Source: Candidatus Avelusimicrobium intestinipullorum (GTDB lineage Bacteria > Elusimicrobiota > Elusimicrobia > Elusimicrobiales > Elusimicrobiaceae). From it: a stretch of DNA of 64,000 nucleotides. Positions 16,569 to 26,244 of this stretch are shown piece by piece. Both the position numbers and the translations under genes were made by a program. The notes under the pieces are model-generated. The model had not been told where the DNA came from and did no database searches. It saw only the letters and a list, made by a program, of their open reading frames with translations. Every line of letters begins with the position of its first letter. Position 1 is the stretch's first letter. The stretch is taken from the NCBI GenBank assembly GCA_944324635.1, contig CALUXC010000005.1:4691-68690 (forward strand), written 5' to 3'.

Positions 16569-17820
16569 TTTTTTGTTCTCCCAAATAATGCGGGGTAATG
16601 GTCATCACCTTGGCGGCAATGTCCGGATGATAATAAATAAAGCGCAGTTCGCTTTCTACCAGCGGCAGCTGGTTGTGCACGTTGGCATAGCGGACCAATT
16701 CCAAAATATCGCGCGCGTGCGCATCATTTTTGAATTCCAATTCCAGCTTTTCATATACGTTGCGGAAACCTTTAATCCCGCCGTATTCGCCGGTGGTAAT
16801 GACGCGGCCGGTTTCAATCACTTCCGGCTCGCCGCGGCCCAATTCTTCAAAATCGTACAGTTCATAATTGCGGCGGTCTTTCAAAGCGCCGTCGGCATGA
16901 ATGCCCGATTCGTGGGCAAAAGCGTTGCCCCCCACGGCAGGCTGGTTAATCGGTATCGGCACGCCAAACGCATACGAAGCATACTTGGCCAGCTGCCAGG
17001 CTTTATTTAAGCGGATATTGGGGTTAAGTTTATAGTCTTGCATGCCGCTTCCGTGTACAATGGCCAGCAGGCAGGAAACCAAATCCGCATTGCCGGCGCG
17101 TTCGCCCAAGCCGTTTACCGTGGTGTTGATAAACGCTTCCGAACCGCCGTCCACCGCGCCGCGGGCCCCCATAACGGAGTTGGCCACCGCCATACCCAAA
17201 TCGTTATGGCAATGCAGTTCAATGGCAATATGGGTGGCTTCGGCAATTTTGCGGATTCTGTCATAAATCACGTCGGGGGTATCGTACCCCAGCGTGTCGC
17301 AATAGCGAAAGCGCACCGCGCCCGCTTCTTTGGCGGCGGAGGCAAACTCTATTAAGAAATCCAAATCCGTGCGGGAAGCGTCTTCCGCGTTTACGCCCAC
17401 GCCCGACGCGCCTTTTTCTTTGGCCAGGCGCACGGCGCGCACGGCTTTATTCAAAATGTCTTTGCGGTTAAACTTACCGCCAAACTTGCCTGCCAGCATC
17501 TGGTCCGAGGTGGACATAGACAAGTTGCAATACTGTAATCCGGGAACATTTTTATATGCCAGTTCCACGTCTTCTTCCACCGCGCGCAGCCAGCCGCTTA
17601 AATGCGTTTTGTCTATCACGCCCTGCTGCACCAATTCCAAATTGGCATTCAAATAGTTGGTTTCGTGGTTCGTGGTCGGGAACCCAAATTCAGAAAAAGC
17701 CACCCCCAATTCGTTCAAATAATAGTTCAACATGGTTTTCTGCAATTTGGACAAACCCAAGCGGGAAGTTTGCACTCCGTCCCGGTTGGTTACGTCCACA
17801 ATCCAAATGGTATGCTTCAT
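16561..17820 (-). CDS. DRE-TIM acyltransferase (homocitrate-synthase-like), probably Re-citrate synthase
   Basis: DVTNRDGVQ variant of [46 protein letters not shown]; no LeuA regulatory domain. Confidence 0.7.
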   Translation of the reverse strand: MKHTIWIVDVTNRDGVQTSRLGLSKLQKTMLNYYLNELGVAFSEFGFPTTNHETNYLNANLELVQQGVIDKTHLSGWLRAVEEDVELAYKNVPGLQYCNLSMSTSDQMLAGKFGGKFNRKDILNKAVRAVRLAKEKGASGVGVNAEDASRTDLDFLIEFASAAKEAGAVRFRYCDTLGYDTPDVIYDRIRKIAEATHIAIELHCHNDLGMAVANSVMGARGAVDGGSEAFINTTVNGLGERAGNADLVSCLLAIVHGSGMQDYKLNPNIRLNKAWQLAKYASYAFGVPIPINQPAVGGNAFAHESGIHADGALKDRRNYELYDFEELGRGEPEVIETGRVITTGEYGGIKGFRNVYEKLELEFKNDAHARDILELVRYANVHNQLPLVESELRFIYYHPDIAAKVMTITPHYLGEQKNA

Positions 17821-17931
17821 ACGGCGGGTCCTCCAAAAACAGTTTTATATTCGTAGATTTTAGCATATTTGAACCGCCGTGCCGTCATACTTTTTTGACT
17901 GTTTCCCGACTGAGTTTTTCTCGCCGCCCAC

Positions 17932-17960
17932 AAAAAAGCACCCCGCTTTTGGCGGGGTGC
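17932..17960 (-). terminator. Intrinsic terminator after the PTS gene
   Basis: GCACCCCGC/GCGGGGTGC stem with U-tract on the minus strand. Confidence 0.75.
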
Positions 17961-17977
17961 CTAAAACGCTGACTCGT

Positions 17978-19690
17978 TTATTTTCCGCAGGCGCGTTTCT
18001 TATCCATATATTGCTGTAGCTTGGGTTTAATCACACTCACGACCGGGCCATACACTACCTGCACGGCATTCCCGTTCACAATTACGCCCAAGGCACCTGC
18101 TTTTTTAAGCAAAGCTTTGTCTATTTTGGAACTGTCCTGCACGTTTAAGCGCAGGCGGGTGGCGCAACATTCCGGGTTTTCCATGTTGTCTAAACCGCCC
18201 AATCCGGCAATGATGTTTTCCATTTGTTCGTCCCGCTCAAAGTGTTGCACGGGCTCGGCCGCATCACCGGTCTGCAGCGGTTGCTGGGCCGGGGTTTGCT
18301 CGGCAGACGGTGCCGTTTCCGCACGAGCGGCCTGCTTGGCTTGGAAGTCTTCTTTTGTATAGAGTTTGGTTTCCTGATCGTCGGCTTCGCGGCCGGGAGT
18401 AGGCAGGTTCCACTTCAAAATAACCCAGCGGAAAAAATAATAATACACCACAAAGTACACCGCAAAAATGGGCAGCAGGCGCACCCAATTGGTTTTATCG
18501 TTCCCCTGCATTACGCCATACAGCACATAATCAATCAGCCCGCAGGAGAAAGTGGTGCCGATAGTAATTTGGAACACATGCATAAGCACAAACGAAATGC
18601 CCGCAAATACACAATGCACCACATACAAAAGCGGCGCCACAAACAAAAACGTAAATTCAATCGGCTCCGTGATACCGGTTAAGAACGAGGTCAGCGCGGC
18701 CGAGAACAAAAGCCCGCCTACCAATTTGCGTTTGTTGGTTTTGGCCGTGTTGTACATCGCCAAAGCAGCCCCCATCAAGCCCCCCATCATAATGGCGTAT
18801 TTACCCGTCATAAACCGGGCGGCCTCTATGGCAAAATGCTGCGTATTGTGAGAAGCCAATTGAGCAAAGAAAATATTTTGCGCGCCATAGTACATGGTGC
18901 CGTCTATATTCATGGCACCGCCCAGGCCGGACTGCCAAAACGGCATATAGAACACGTGATGCAACCCAAACGGAATGAGCGCGCGTTCCATAAAGCCAAA
19001 AATAAAGGTGCCGTAATAACCCGTCTTAACCACCAGCGCACCGCTGGCCAAAATAAGCTTTTGAACAGGCGGCCACACATAAAAGCAAATCACGCCCAAC
19101 ACGATAGAGGCCAAGGTGCATATAATGGGCACAAAGCGAACCCCGCCAAAGAACGAAAAGACAACAGGCAATTCTATCCGATAAAAGCGGTTATGCAGGC
19201 AGGCCACTGCCAGCCCCACCAAAATACCGCCAAAGATACCCATCTCCAAAGTTTGAATACCAAGCGTAGTGCCGATGGTGCCGGAAATAACGTCCGCCGC
19301 CAATTTCCCGTCCGGCAGGACTTGCCCCGAAAACACCAGCAGTTCATGAATGGTCATATGCATGATGATAAAAGACAGCGCGGCCGACAACACCGCGACA
19401 GCCTTTTCCTCTTTGGCCATGCCCATGGCCACCGCCAAGGCAAACAGGAGCGGCAAATTGGCAAACACCGCATTGCCCACGGAACTCATCAGCAAAAACA
19501 CATGATTAAGCACCGTCCCCGCACCCATGATAGACTCCAACCCATACTGCTCAACCGTAGAGAGGTTGGAAAAAGAAGCGCCGATACCTAACAGCAACCC
19601 GGCAACGGGGAGAATAGATATCGGCAGAAAGAACGAACGTCCTATGGTTTGTATGACAGTAAGAATTTTATGATTATTAGATGAAGCCAT
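17978..19690 (-). CDS. PTS permease EIICB, glucose/maltose/GlcNAc family
   Basis: GRSFFLPISILPVAGLLLG, PFGLHH, GITEPIEF, EIIB motif CCATRLR. Confidence 0.9.
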   Translation of the reverse strand: MASSNNHKILTVIQTIGRSFFLPISILPVAGLLLGIGASFSNLSTVEQYGLESIMGAGTVLNHVFLLMSSVGNAVFANLPLLFALAVAMGMAKEEKAVAVLSAALSFIIMHMTIHELLVFSGQVLPDGKLAADVISGTIGTTLGIQTLEMGIFGGILVGLAVACLHNRFYRIELPVVFSFFGGVRFVPIICTLASIVLGVICFYVWPPVQKLILASGALVVKTGYYGTFIFGFMERALIPFGLHHVFYMPFWQSGLGGAMNIDGTMYYGAQNIFFAQLASHNTQHFAIEAARFMTGKYAIMMGGLMGAALAMYNTAKTNKRKLVGGLLFSAALTSFLTGITEPIEFTFLFVAPLLYVVHCVFAGISFVLMHVFQITIGTTFSCGLIDYVLYGVMQGNDKTNWVRLLPIFAVYFVVYYYFFRWVILKWNLPTPGREADDQETKLYTKEDFQAKQAARAETAPSAEQTPAQQPLQTGDAAEPVQHFERDEQMENIIAGLGGLDNMENPECCATRLRLNVQDSSKIDKALLKKAGALGVIVNGNAVQVVYGPVVSVIKPKLQQYMDKKRACGK

Positions 19691-19801
19691 ACGACTCTCC
19701 TATATAAAAAGTCACAGCAAGGGGAGTTTGCACCCCCCTCTTGGGATATTATCTTTTTTAGGGAATTCTCTTCAAGCAGAATCCGCGGCCGAGCGCCACG
19801 G

Positions 19802-22042
19802 TTAAGAAAGCGGTTTTGAGTCGGAGCCTTCTTCCTTAAGCAATTCTTCAAACTGGGCAGCAGGAACCGGGCGGGAGAAGAAGTACCCCTGTGCCAAATC
19901 GCACCCGGTATGGCGCAGGAAATCGGCCTGTTCGCGGGTTTCCACCCCTTCCGCCACGACTTGAATACCCAGCGACTTAATCATGGACACGGCCCCTTCT
20001 ATCACCTTGTGGGCATGCGGATTATTTTCAAACCCGCTTAAGAATTCTTTGTCCAATTTAATGCTGTCAAACTGCAAGTTTTTCAGTACGTTTAACGAAG
20101 AATAACCGGAACCAAAATCGTCCATCGCCACCGAGAAACCCATCTTGTGCAGACGGCTGATGACGTTCTGCGCGCGGTCCAAGTTATTAAAAATCACGCT
20201 TTCGGTCAGTTCCACTTCTATCATGTTATGCGGGACATCGTACTTGTCCACCACGCGCAGCATTTGCGGAATATAGCGCGTATCGTTTAAGTGCAAGCGG
20301 GAAAAATTGACCGCAATGGGCACTTGTTTCAGCCCTTTTACTTTCCACGCCGCAAGCAGGCGCACGGCCTCTTCCAAAATAAACATATCCAAGCGCAAGA
20401 TAAACCCGTTTTTCTCAAAAATAGGAATAAAATCATCGGGCTTTACAATGCCTTCTTCCAGTCTGTTCCAGCGCACCAGCGCTTCGGCCCCGCGCATTTG
20501 CCCGGTGGCAAAATCACACTTAGGCTGCAAAAAGACGGCAAAATCCCCATGCTCCAACGCCGTTTCCATTGTGTTTTCAATTTGCTTTTCGGCCACGATG
20601 CGTTTGCGGTCCGCTTCATCGTAAAAATCGCATTTGTCAAAGGCCATTTTTTTGGCGTTTTCCAGGGCCAGGTGAGCGCGGTCCAGCATAATATAGAAAG
20701 GAATATCCTCTTTAATTTCATACACGCCAAAAGCCACGTCAATCATCAGGCAGGAATCTTCCACCGTGCAGTCGCGGCGGAGCTGGGTGGTAAGGTTTTT
20801 TAAGCGGGCGCGGAAAGATTTCCGGTCGGTATATTTCCACAGCATGATGAAATTATCCGCCGTAGAGCGGCAGAAAGCTTCTTCGGGAGAAATGTTCTCG
20901 CGCAGGACGCGCGCCACGCGCTGCAGCACTTGGTTTCCGCGTTCATATCCGTGCAAGTCGTTAATTACTTTGAACTTATTGATATCAAAAATAATCAAAG
21001 CCGCCTGACCGTGCAAGCCGGCCAATTTTTCGGGGAATTGTTCGCACATGCGGTTAAAGTTATCCGCGCCCGTCAGCTGGTCCACAAACGCCGTGGCAAA
21101 AAGCTGGCGGTTGCTGTACGCGCGCATATGCAAAATATAGAAAATAAGCGCACTAAAAATAATAAATACCGACACAAACAGCAAAAAAGACAGCCACGTC
21201 AGGTGCTGGGCCTGGTGCGCCACATACGACGTGGGCAACGTGGAAATCATGTACCAGTCGTTAATCTGAAGCGGAATAAAATGCAAGAAAAGATGCCCCG
21301 CAGGGCCACGATAGCCAACCAAGGCGTGCTTGCCTGCCGCCACGGCCGCGCGCAAATCGGCCAACGTCATGGACCCGTCAAACGAAGCGTTGGCCAAAGC
21401 GTCAAAAATATTATCCGCCCGCATGGAACGGTAGCCCAACATCGGTACGCCGTCACGCCGAACGATTAACGAATACCCTTTATTTCCCATGGCAGAAAGA
21501 GCCAACAGCGGGCGATAGCGCTGAGGCTGCTGCAAGGCAAAGAGCGCCCCGATCGGGCGGCCGCGGCGCGTGAGCACGGTGGATTGAACAAGCACGTCCT
21601 CCCCGTCGGCCGGGTCGGCCTGGCGGACGGAAAGGTAGCGGCCTTCTTCCAAGGTGCGGGTCAATACGTCCGTTACGAATATGGGGTTGAAATCGCGCGG
21701 CGAAGACAGAAACACCGTTCCGTCCGTCGTAATGACGCCTAACGATTTGAAATAGTTGTGTTGCGTTTGGCGGCGCAAGAATTCGGTAAGCTGGGCGGAA
21801 TCCGTCCACGGATAGGTATCTTCCACCGTAATGGCGATGGATTCCAGAACTTGTTGGTCGGTTAAGATTAAGCGGTTAAAGTCGGCAGCGGCTTCTTCGC
21901 CGGCGGCAGCCACATGGGTTTTTACGTCCCGTTCCAAGATGCCTCTTACTTGTTGCCAATACAGCACCACGCCCGTGGCGATAACGGCCGCCGCGACCAT
22001 AAAAAATACTATAAACGAGCGGAACGAAATACGCTGCACCAA
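19802..22042 (-). CDS. Cache-sensor / degenerate GGDEF / EAL c-di-GMP phosphodiesterase
   Basis: Two TM helices around a Cache-like domain; GGDEF site reads STADN; EAL domain has EALVRW, DDFGSGYSS, EGVE. Confidence 0.85.
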   Translation of the reverse strand: MVQRISFRSFIVFFMVAAAVIATGVVLYWQQVRGILERDVKTHVAAAGEEAAADFNRLILTDQQVLESIAITVEDTYPWTDSAQLTEFLRRQTQHNYFKSLGVITTDGTVFLSSPRDFNPIFVTDVLTRTLEEGRYLSVRQADPADGEDVLVQSTVLTRRGRPIGALFALQQPQRYRPLLALSAMGNKGYSLIVRRDGVPMLGYRSMRADNIFDALANASFDGSMTLADLRAAVAAGKHALVGYRGPAGHLFLHFIPLQINDWYMISTLPTSYVAHQAQHLTWLSFLLFVSVFIIFSALIFYILHMRAYSNRQLFATAFVDQLTGADNFNRMCEQFPEKLAGLHGQAALIIFDINKFKVINDLHGYERGNQVLQRVARVLRENISPEEAFCRSTADNFIMLWKYTDRKSFRARLKNLTTQLRRDCTVEDSCLMIDVAFGVYEIKEDIPFYIMLDRAHLALENAKKMAFDKCDFYDEADRKRIVAEKQIENTMETALEHGDFAVFLQPKCDFATGQMRGAEALVRWNRLEEGIVKPDDFIPIFEKNGFILRLDMFILEEAVRLLAAWKVKGLKQVPIAVNFSRLHLNDTRYIPQMLRVVDKYDVPHNMIEVELTESVIFNNLDRAQNVISRLHKMGFSVAMDDFGSGYSSLNVLKNLQFDSIKLDKEFLSGFENNPHAHKVIEGAVSMIKSLGIQVVAEGVETREQADFLRHTGCDLAQGYFFSRPVPAAQFEELLKEEGSDSKPLS

Positions 22043-22228
22043 TCACCTCTCGGGCGAGCGTTGCTGTATCCGCCCGCCGCGTAATTATTATAGCATTTAT
22101 CCGCCGCGCGCCAAGCAAAAAAACACCCCTCTTTTTTCCCCGCTCTTTTTGATATTTTTAGTGCATTTATAAAAACGTTTTCTTCCTTCCCAAACAAAAA
22201 TACTATAATGCCCATAAGGAACTTTTTT

Positions 22229-23167
22229 ATGAAAATAGCCCTTCTAATTCCCGTATATAATGAACAGGAAGTGTTGCCCTTTTTTAAGGAAGAAACGCAA
22301 GCCGTCTTGCGCACTTTGCCACAGGACACTTTTGAATATGTATTTGTAAATGACGGCAGTTCGGACGGCACCTTAAATTGGCTCAAAAATTGGGCCGAAC
22401 AGGACAAATCCGTCAAAATCATTTCGCTTTCCAGAAACTTTGGCAAAGAAGCAGCCTTAACGGCCGGGCTTAGCTTTGCCGCCGGGGCAGACGCCGTCAT
22501 TATCCTAGATGCGGACTTGCAAGACCCCCCTTCCCTAATTGTTCCTTTTGTACAGAAATTCAAAGAAGGCTACGACGTGGTATACGGCCAGCGGACGGAC
22601 CGCCAACAAGATTCTTTCTTAAAATGTTTCTCCGCGCGTTGTTTCTACACATGTTACAACGCCATCGCCTCGCGCCCCATGCCGCCAAACGCCGGGGACT
22701 GCCGCCTGCTAAGCAAGCGCGCCGCCCAAGCCGTGCTGCGCCTGCCGGAGCGGGAACGCTTTATGAAAGGACTTTTTAACTGGATAGGTTTCCGCACGGT
22801 GTCCGTTCCGTTTGCCCGCCAGGCGCGCAAAGCGGGGCAAACCAAATGGAATTACTGGCGGTTGTGGAACTTTGCCTTGGAAGGGCTGACGGCTTCCAGC
22901 ACGGTGCCGCTTCGGCTGTGGACGTATTTCGGTTTTGCGGTTTCCGCTTTTGCTTTCCTATATGCTTTATGGGTGGCCGCGCAAAAAATCATTTACGGAA
23001 ACCCCGTCAGCGGGTATGCTTCGTTGATGGTGGCTATTTTGTTTTTCAGCGGGGTACAGCTTATTTCGCTGGGAGTTATCGGCGAGTATTTGGGCCGTAT
23101 TTTTACCGAAGTGAAACAACGCCCGCTTTATTTAACGGACGAAACCGTCAATTGCGACGAGCCATAA
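22229..23167 (+). CDS. GT2 polyprenyl-phosphate glycosyltransferase (GtrB/YkoT-like)
   Basis: IPVYNE, VNDGSSD, LSRNFGKEAAL, DADLQDPP, two C-terminal TMs, GEYLGRIFTEVKQRP. Confidence 0.9.
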   Translation: MKIALLIPVYNEQEVLPFFKEETQAVLRTLPQDTFEYVFVNDGSSDGTLNWLKNWAEQDKSVKIISLSRNFGKEAALTAGLSFAAGADAVIILDADLQDPPSLIVPFVQKFKEGYDVVYGQRTDRQQDSFLKCFSARCFYTCYNAIASRPMPPNAGDCRLLSKRAAQAVLRLPERERFMKGLFNWIGFRTVSVPFARQARKAGQTKWNYWRLWNFALEGLTASSTVPLRLWTYFGFAVSAFAFLYALWVAAQKIIYGNPVSGYASLMVAILFFSGVQLISLGVIGEYLGRIFTEVKQRPLYLTDETVNCDEP

Positions 23168-23191
23168 CCACCCCTCATTCTTTCCAAATAA

Positions 23192-23217
23192 AAAAGCCGC
23201 CCCGCCGGGTGGCTTTT
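23192..23217. terminator. Bidirectional terminator
   Basis: AAAAGCCGCCC / GGGTGGCTTTT between convergent genes. Confidence 0.7.
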
Positions 23218-23236
23218 AGATTATATTTCAAGCGTA

Positions 23237-23764
23237 TTACGAATGAGCCTTCGGCTCGGAAGCGGCCGCTTCCTGCTGGCGGAAGAATCCCAGCGTTTGC
23301 TGTGAGTAGGCAAAAAACGGATAAAAAGCATTTTCCGTTTTGCGCAGTTCTTCTTCGGCTACTTCGGTATAGAATAATTTTTCTTTGGACACGGCAAACA
23401 ACCGCACCATGGCAGGGGAAGAAGGCGCCGGCAAAGCAGAACCCGCCGCTACGCCCGTCATCTGAGAAGTCAGCTTGCTGGCATGCGCCAGCATATGCGC
23501 AGCCGCATTCTGCAAGGCTTCGTGCCCGTGCCCGCCAATCATGCCGCCTAAGCCGCTTTTGCTGTTGTTTTCAAAATACACGCTGCTGTCCCCCAGCGAA
23601 TTGGTAGCCAGAAACAGATGTTTGACGGTTTGCCCGTCCTGCATGGCCATTTCTATTCCGGCTACGGAAATTTTATCCGGCCCGATTTCAATAACGCCTT
23701 TGCGGTTTTCCAAATTCTTTACGTCCAGCCAAAAATTACGCATGTTAATATATGCTTGTTTCAT
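23237..23764 (-). CDS. Hypothetical protein
   Basis: 175-aa ORF filling the gap between terminator and deoB promoter; SD-like AGGGG upstream. Confidence 0.6.
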   Translation of the reverse strand: MKQAYINMRNFWLDVKNLENRKGVIEIGPDKISVAGIEMAMQDGQTVKHLFLATNSLGDSSVYFENNSKSGLGGMIGGHGHEALQNAAAHMLAHASKLTSQMTGVAAGSALPAPSSPAMVRLFAVSKEKLFYTEVAEEELRKTENAFYPFFAYSQQTLGFFRQQEAAASEPKAHS

Positions 23765-23881
23765 AAAAGCCCCCTTGATGTATAAAATATAGCATTTTAG
23801 CCGGCCTTTTTATCTTCCAAAACAGATTAGACGCGGCAAGCAAATTGGGGTATAATAAAAAGAAAAGAAGGGAGGACTCTT

Positions 23882-25090
23882 ATGACCAAGAAAGGACGCG
23901 CCGTGATTTTGATGATGGATTCCTTTGGCCTTGGCGGAGCTGAAGACGCCGCCAAATTTTCCGATGCCGGGGCCGATACCCTGGGCCATATTGCCGCCGC
24001 ACGCGGCGGGCTGAAAGTGCCCAACCTGGCCGCGCTTGGCCTCTTAAAAGCGGCCGAAGCTTCCACAGGCAAAGCCCCCGCCGCGGGGCCGCAGGAAGGC
24101 GCCAAGATAGCGCTCCCTTCCAAATACGGTTTTATGCGGGAAATCAGCCGCGGGAAAGACACTTCTTCCGGCCATTGGGAAATGGCTGGCGCCCCCGTGG
24201 AATTTGAATGGGGTTATTTTAAGCCGGACTATCCCTCTTTCCCGCCGGAACTGATTGAAAAAATCTGCGCCGAAACCGGCCTGCCCGGCATCTTGGGCGA
24301 CAAAGCCGCTTCCGGCACCGCCATTATTGAAGAACTGGGCGAAGAACACATCAAAACGGGCAAACCCATTTGCTACACGTCGGCCGACAGCGTTTTCCAA
24401 ATTGCCGCCCACGAAAAGCACTTTGGGTTGGACCGCCTGTACAAAGTGTGCGAAATTGCTTTCAAACATGTGGCCCCCTACAACATTGCCCGCGTGATTG
24501 CCCGCCCCTTTGAAGGAGAACGGAAAGGCGAATTCAAACGCACCAAAAACCGCCACGACTATTCCGTCAAACCGCCCATGATTACCGTGCTAGACGAAAT
24601 TAAAAATGCGGGCGGAGAGGTGATTTCCGTCGGAAAAATTTCGGACATTTTTGCCAAGCAAGGCATTACCAAAGCTTCCAAAGCTTCCGGCTTGGAAGAA
24701 CTGTGGGACGTAACCCTGGCCGAAGCGGCCGCCGCGCCGGATTTTAGCCTTGTGTTTACGAACTTTGTGGATTTTGATATGGCCTGGGGCCACCGCCGCG
24801 ATGTGGAAGGCTACGCCAAAGGTTTGGAATACTTTGACTCCCGCCTGCCCGAATTGGCCGCCCAAATGAAAGAAGGGGACATCGCGTTTATCACTGCCGA
24901 CCATGGCTGCGACCCTACCTACAAAGGCACCGACCACACCCGCGAACATGTACCGGTAATTATGTTCGGCCCCGGCGTTAAGCCGCAGTTTATCGGCGGG
25001 CGGGACACCTACGCCGACCTGGGGCAAACCATTGCCGACTACTTTGGTTTGGAAAAACTAAAGTTTGGAAAAAGCTTCTTAAACGACTAA
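23882..25090 (+). CDS. deoB: Phosphopentomutase
   Basis: [65 protein letters not shown]. Confidence 0.95.
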   Translation: MTKKGRAVILMMDSFGLGGAEDAAKFSDAGADTLGHIAAARGGLKVPNLAALGLLKAAEASTGKAPAAGPQEGAKIALPSKYGFMREISRGKDTSSGHWEMAGAPVEFEWGYFKPDYPSFPPELIEKICAETGLPGILGDKAASGTAIIEELGEEHIKTGKPICYTSADSVFQIAAHEKHFGLDRLYKVCEIAFKHVAPYNIARVIARPFEGERKGEFKRTKNRHDYSVKPPMITVLDEIKNAGGEVISVGKISDIFAKQGITKASKASGLEELWDVTLAEAAAAPDFSLVFTNFVDFDMAWGHRRDVEGYAKGLEYFDSRLPELAAQMKEGDIAFITADHGCDPTYKGTDHTREHVPVIMFGPGVKPQFIGGRDTYADLGQTIADYFGLEKLKFGKSFLND

Positions 25091-25092
25091 AC

Positions 25093-25121
25093 AAAAACCC
25101 CGGCTCAGCCGGGGTTTTTTT
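25093..25121. terminator. Bidirectional terminator
   Basis: AAAAACCCCGGC / GCCGGGGTTTTT. Confidence 0.85.
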
Positions 25122-25142
25122 ATGTGTAAAATCTTCGCTTTC

Positions 25143-26198
25143 TTAGCGAATGATACCAATACTGTTGATACCGCTTTTCATCACCCATTTGCGCAGGAAA
25201 GGCATATATAGAAACGGGCACTTAAATAGTTTAAGCCACAACTTCAGGCGAAGCCCCAAACAATCCCGTGCATAACGGCAATGCTCCCGCGGGGAAGGCT
25301 CTTCCTCCAGCGAAGCGGCCAATCGCCGCGCACTGATAAAAGCGCTGGAAATGCCTTCCAAACTGCTGGGGCTAATAAACCCCGCCGCTTCCCCAATTAG
25401 AAACACGCCCTTTTCGCCCAAGCAAAAATCTTTCCAACCGGCCGGCCTCAGCACGCGGCAAGCTTCCGTTTTAACTGCTTTTCCAAAGCGAAACCCCTCT
25501 TTTGAAAGGGCTTCTTTCTGCCGTTCAAAACGCGCCCGGCAGCCGTCGGGCGGATAAGCCCCGCCAAAAATAAAGTATCCGTCTTTGGAAACGGACCAGG
25601 AATAGCAGTCCGTTTGGGAGGGGTCAAAAATGCAAGAATAGAAAGGACTTTCGTGCGCTTCCTTAAACCATTGCTGCACCGCCACATACCAACGAACTTG
25701 GTGTTTGGGGAAAAACGTACGCCGCACCAACGAGTCTGCCCCGTCTGCCCCCACCAGACGCTTAGCATACTCGGTGCGTTCGCGGCCGTCTTGGCAGATG
25801 GTCACGGCAAAGGTACCGTCCGCCTGGCGGGCAAGTTTCGTCACGCGGGCGCCTTCCAGCCGCTCTACTTGCGGGGGAATCAGCGATATCAGCCAGCGGT
25901 CAAATTTATTCCGATCCATATTTACGTAAAACCGCTGGTAATGGCGGGTCAGCCCGCTGGCCAAATCCAGCGTGCGCACGGAAAAGAGCTGCGGGTCCAC
26001 CAATACGGATTTGGGAAGCGTCAGCTCAAAACGGGCCAAGGCTTTTTGTGCGTCCGGCGCCAACAGCCCGCCGCACGGTTTTTCAAAACCGCCGGGGACG
26101 GACGTCTTTTTATCCACACACAATACTTTCTTGTCGCTTAACAGCCGCGCCAGGGTGCTCCCGGCCGGACCAAGCCCTATAATAATAACGTCAAACAT
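25143..26198 (-). CDS. cbrA: CbrA-like FAD-dependent oxidoreductase (geranylgeranyl reductase family)
   Basis: IIGLGPAGS, KPCGGLLAPDAQ, LVGADGA.S.VRR, YVAVQQWF, YSWSVSKDG, IGEAAGFISPSSLEGIS; resembles E. coli CbrA as I recall it. Confidence 0.8.
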   Translation of the reverse strand: MFDVIIIGLGPAGSTLARLLSDKKVLCVDKKTSVPGGFEKPCGGLLAPDAQKALARFELTLPKSVLVDPQLFSVRTLDLASGLTRHYQRFYVNMDRNKFDRWLISLIPPQVERLEGARVTKLARQADGTFAVTICQDGRERTEYAKRLVGADGADSLVRRTFFPKHQVRWYVAVQQWFKEAHESPFYSCIFDPSQTDCYSWSVSKDGYFIFGGAYPPDGCRARFERQKEALSKEGFRFGKAVKTEACRVLRPAGWKDFCLGEKGVFLIGEAAGFISPSSLEGISSAFISARRLAASLEEEPSPREHCRYARDCLGLRLKLWLKLFKCPFLYMPFLRKWVMKSGINSIGIIR

Positions 26199-26244
26199 GG
26201 TGTCCTTTTCAAAAAACCGCCGCGTCCCTGCGCGGCGGCATAAA

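Noticed and set aside
13809-17820. Annotation as leucine biosynthesis (leuABCD)
   Set aside because: Synthase lacks the LeuA regulatory domain; dehydrogenase and small subunit carry tricarboxylate-type residues
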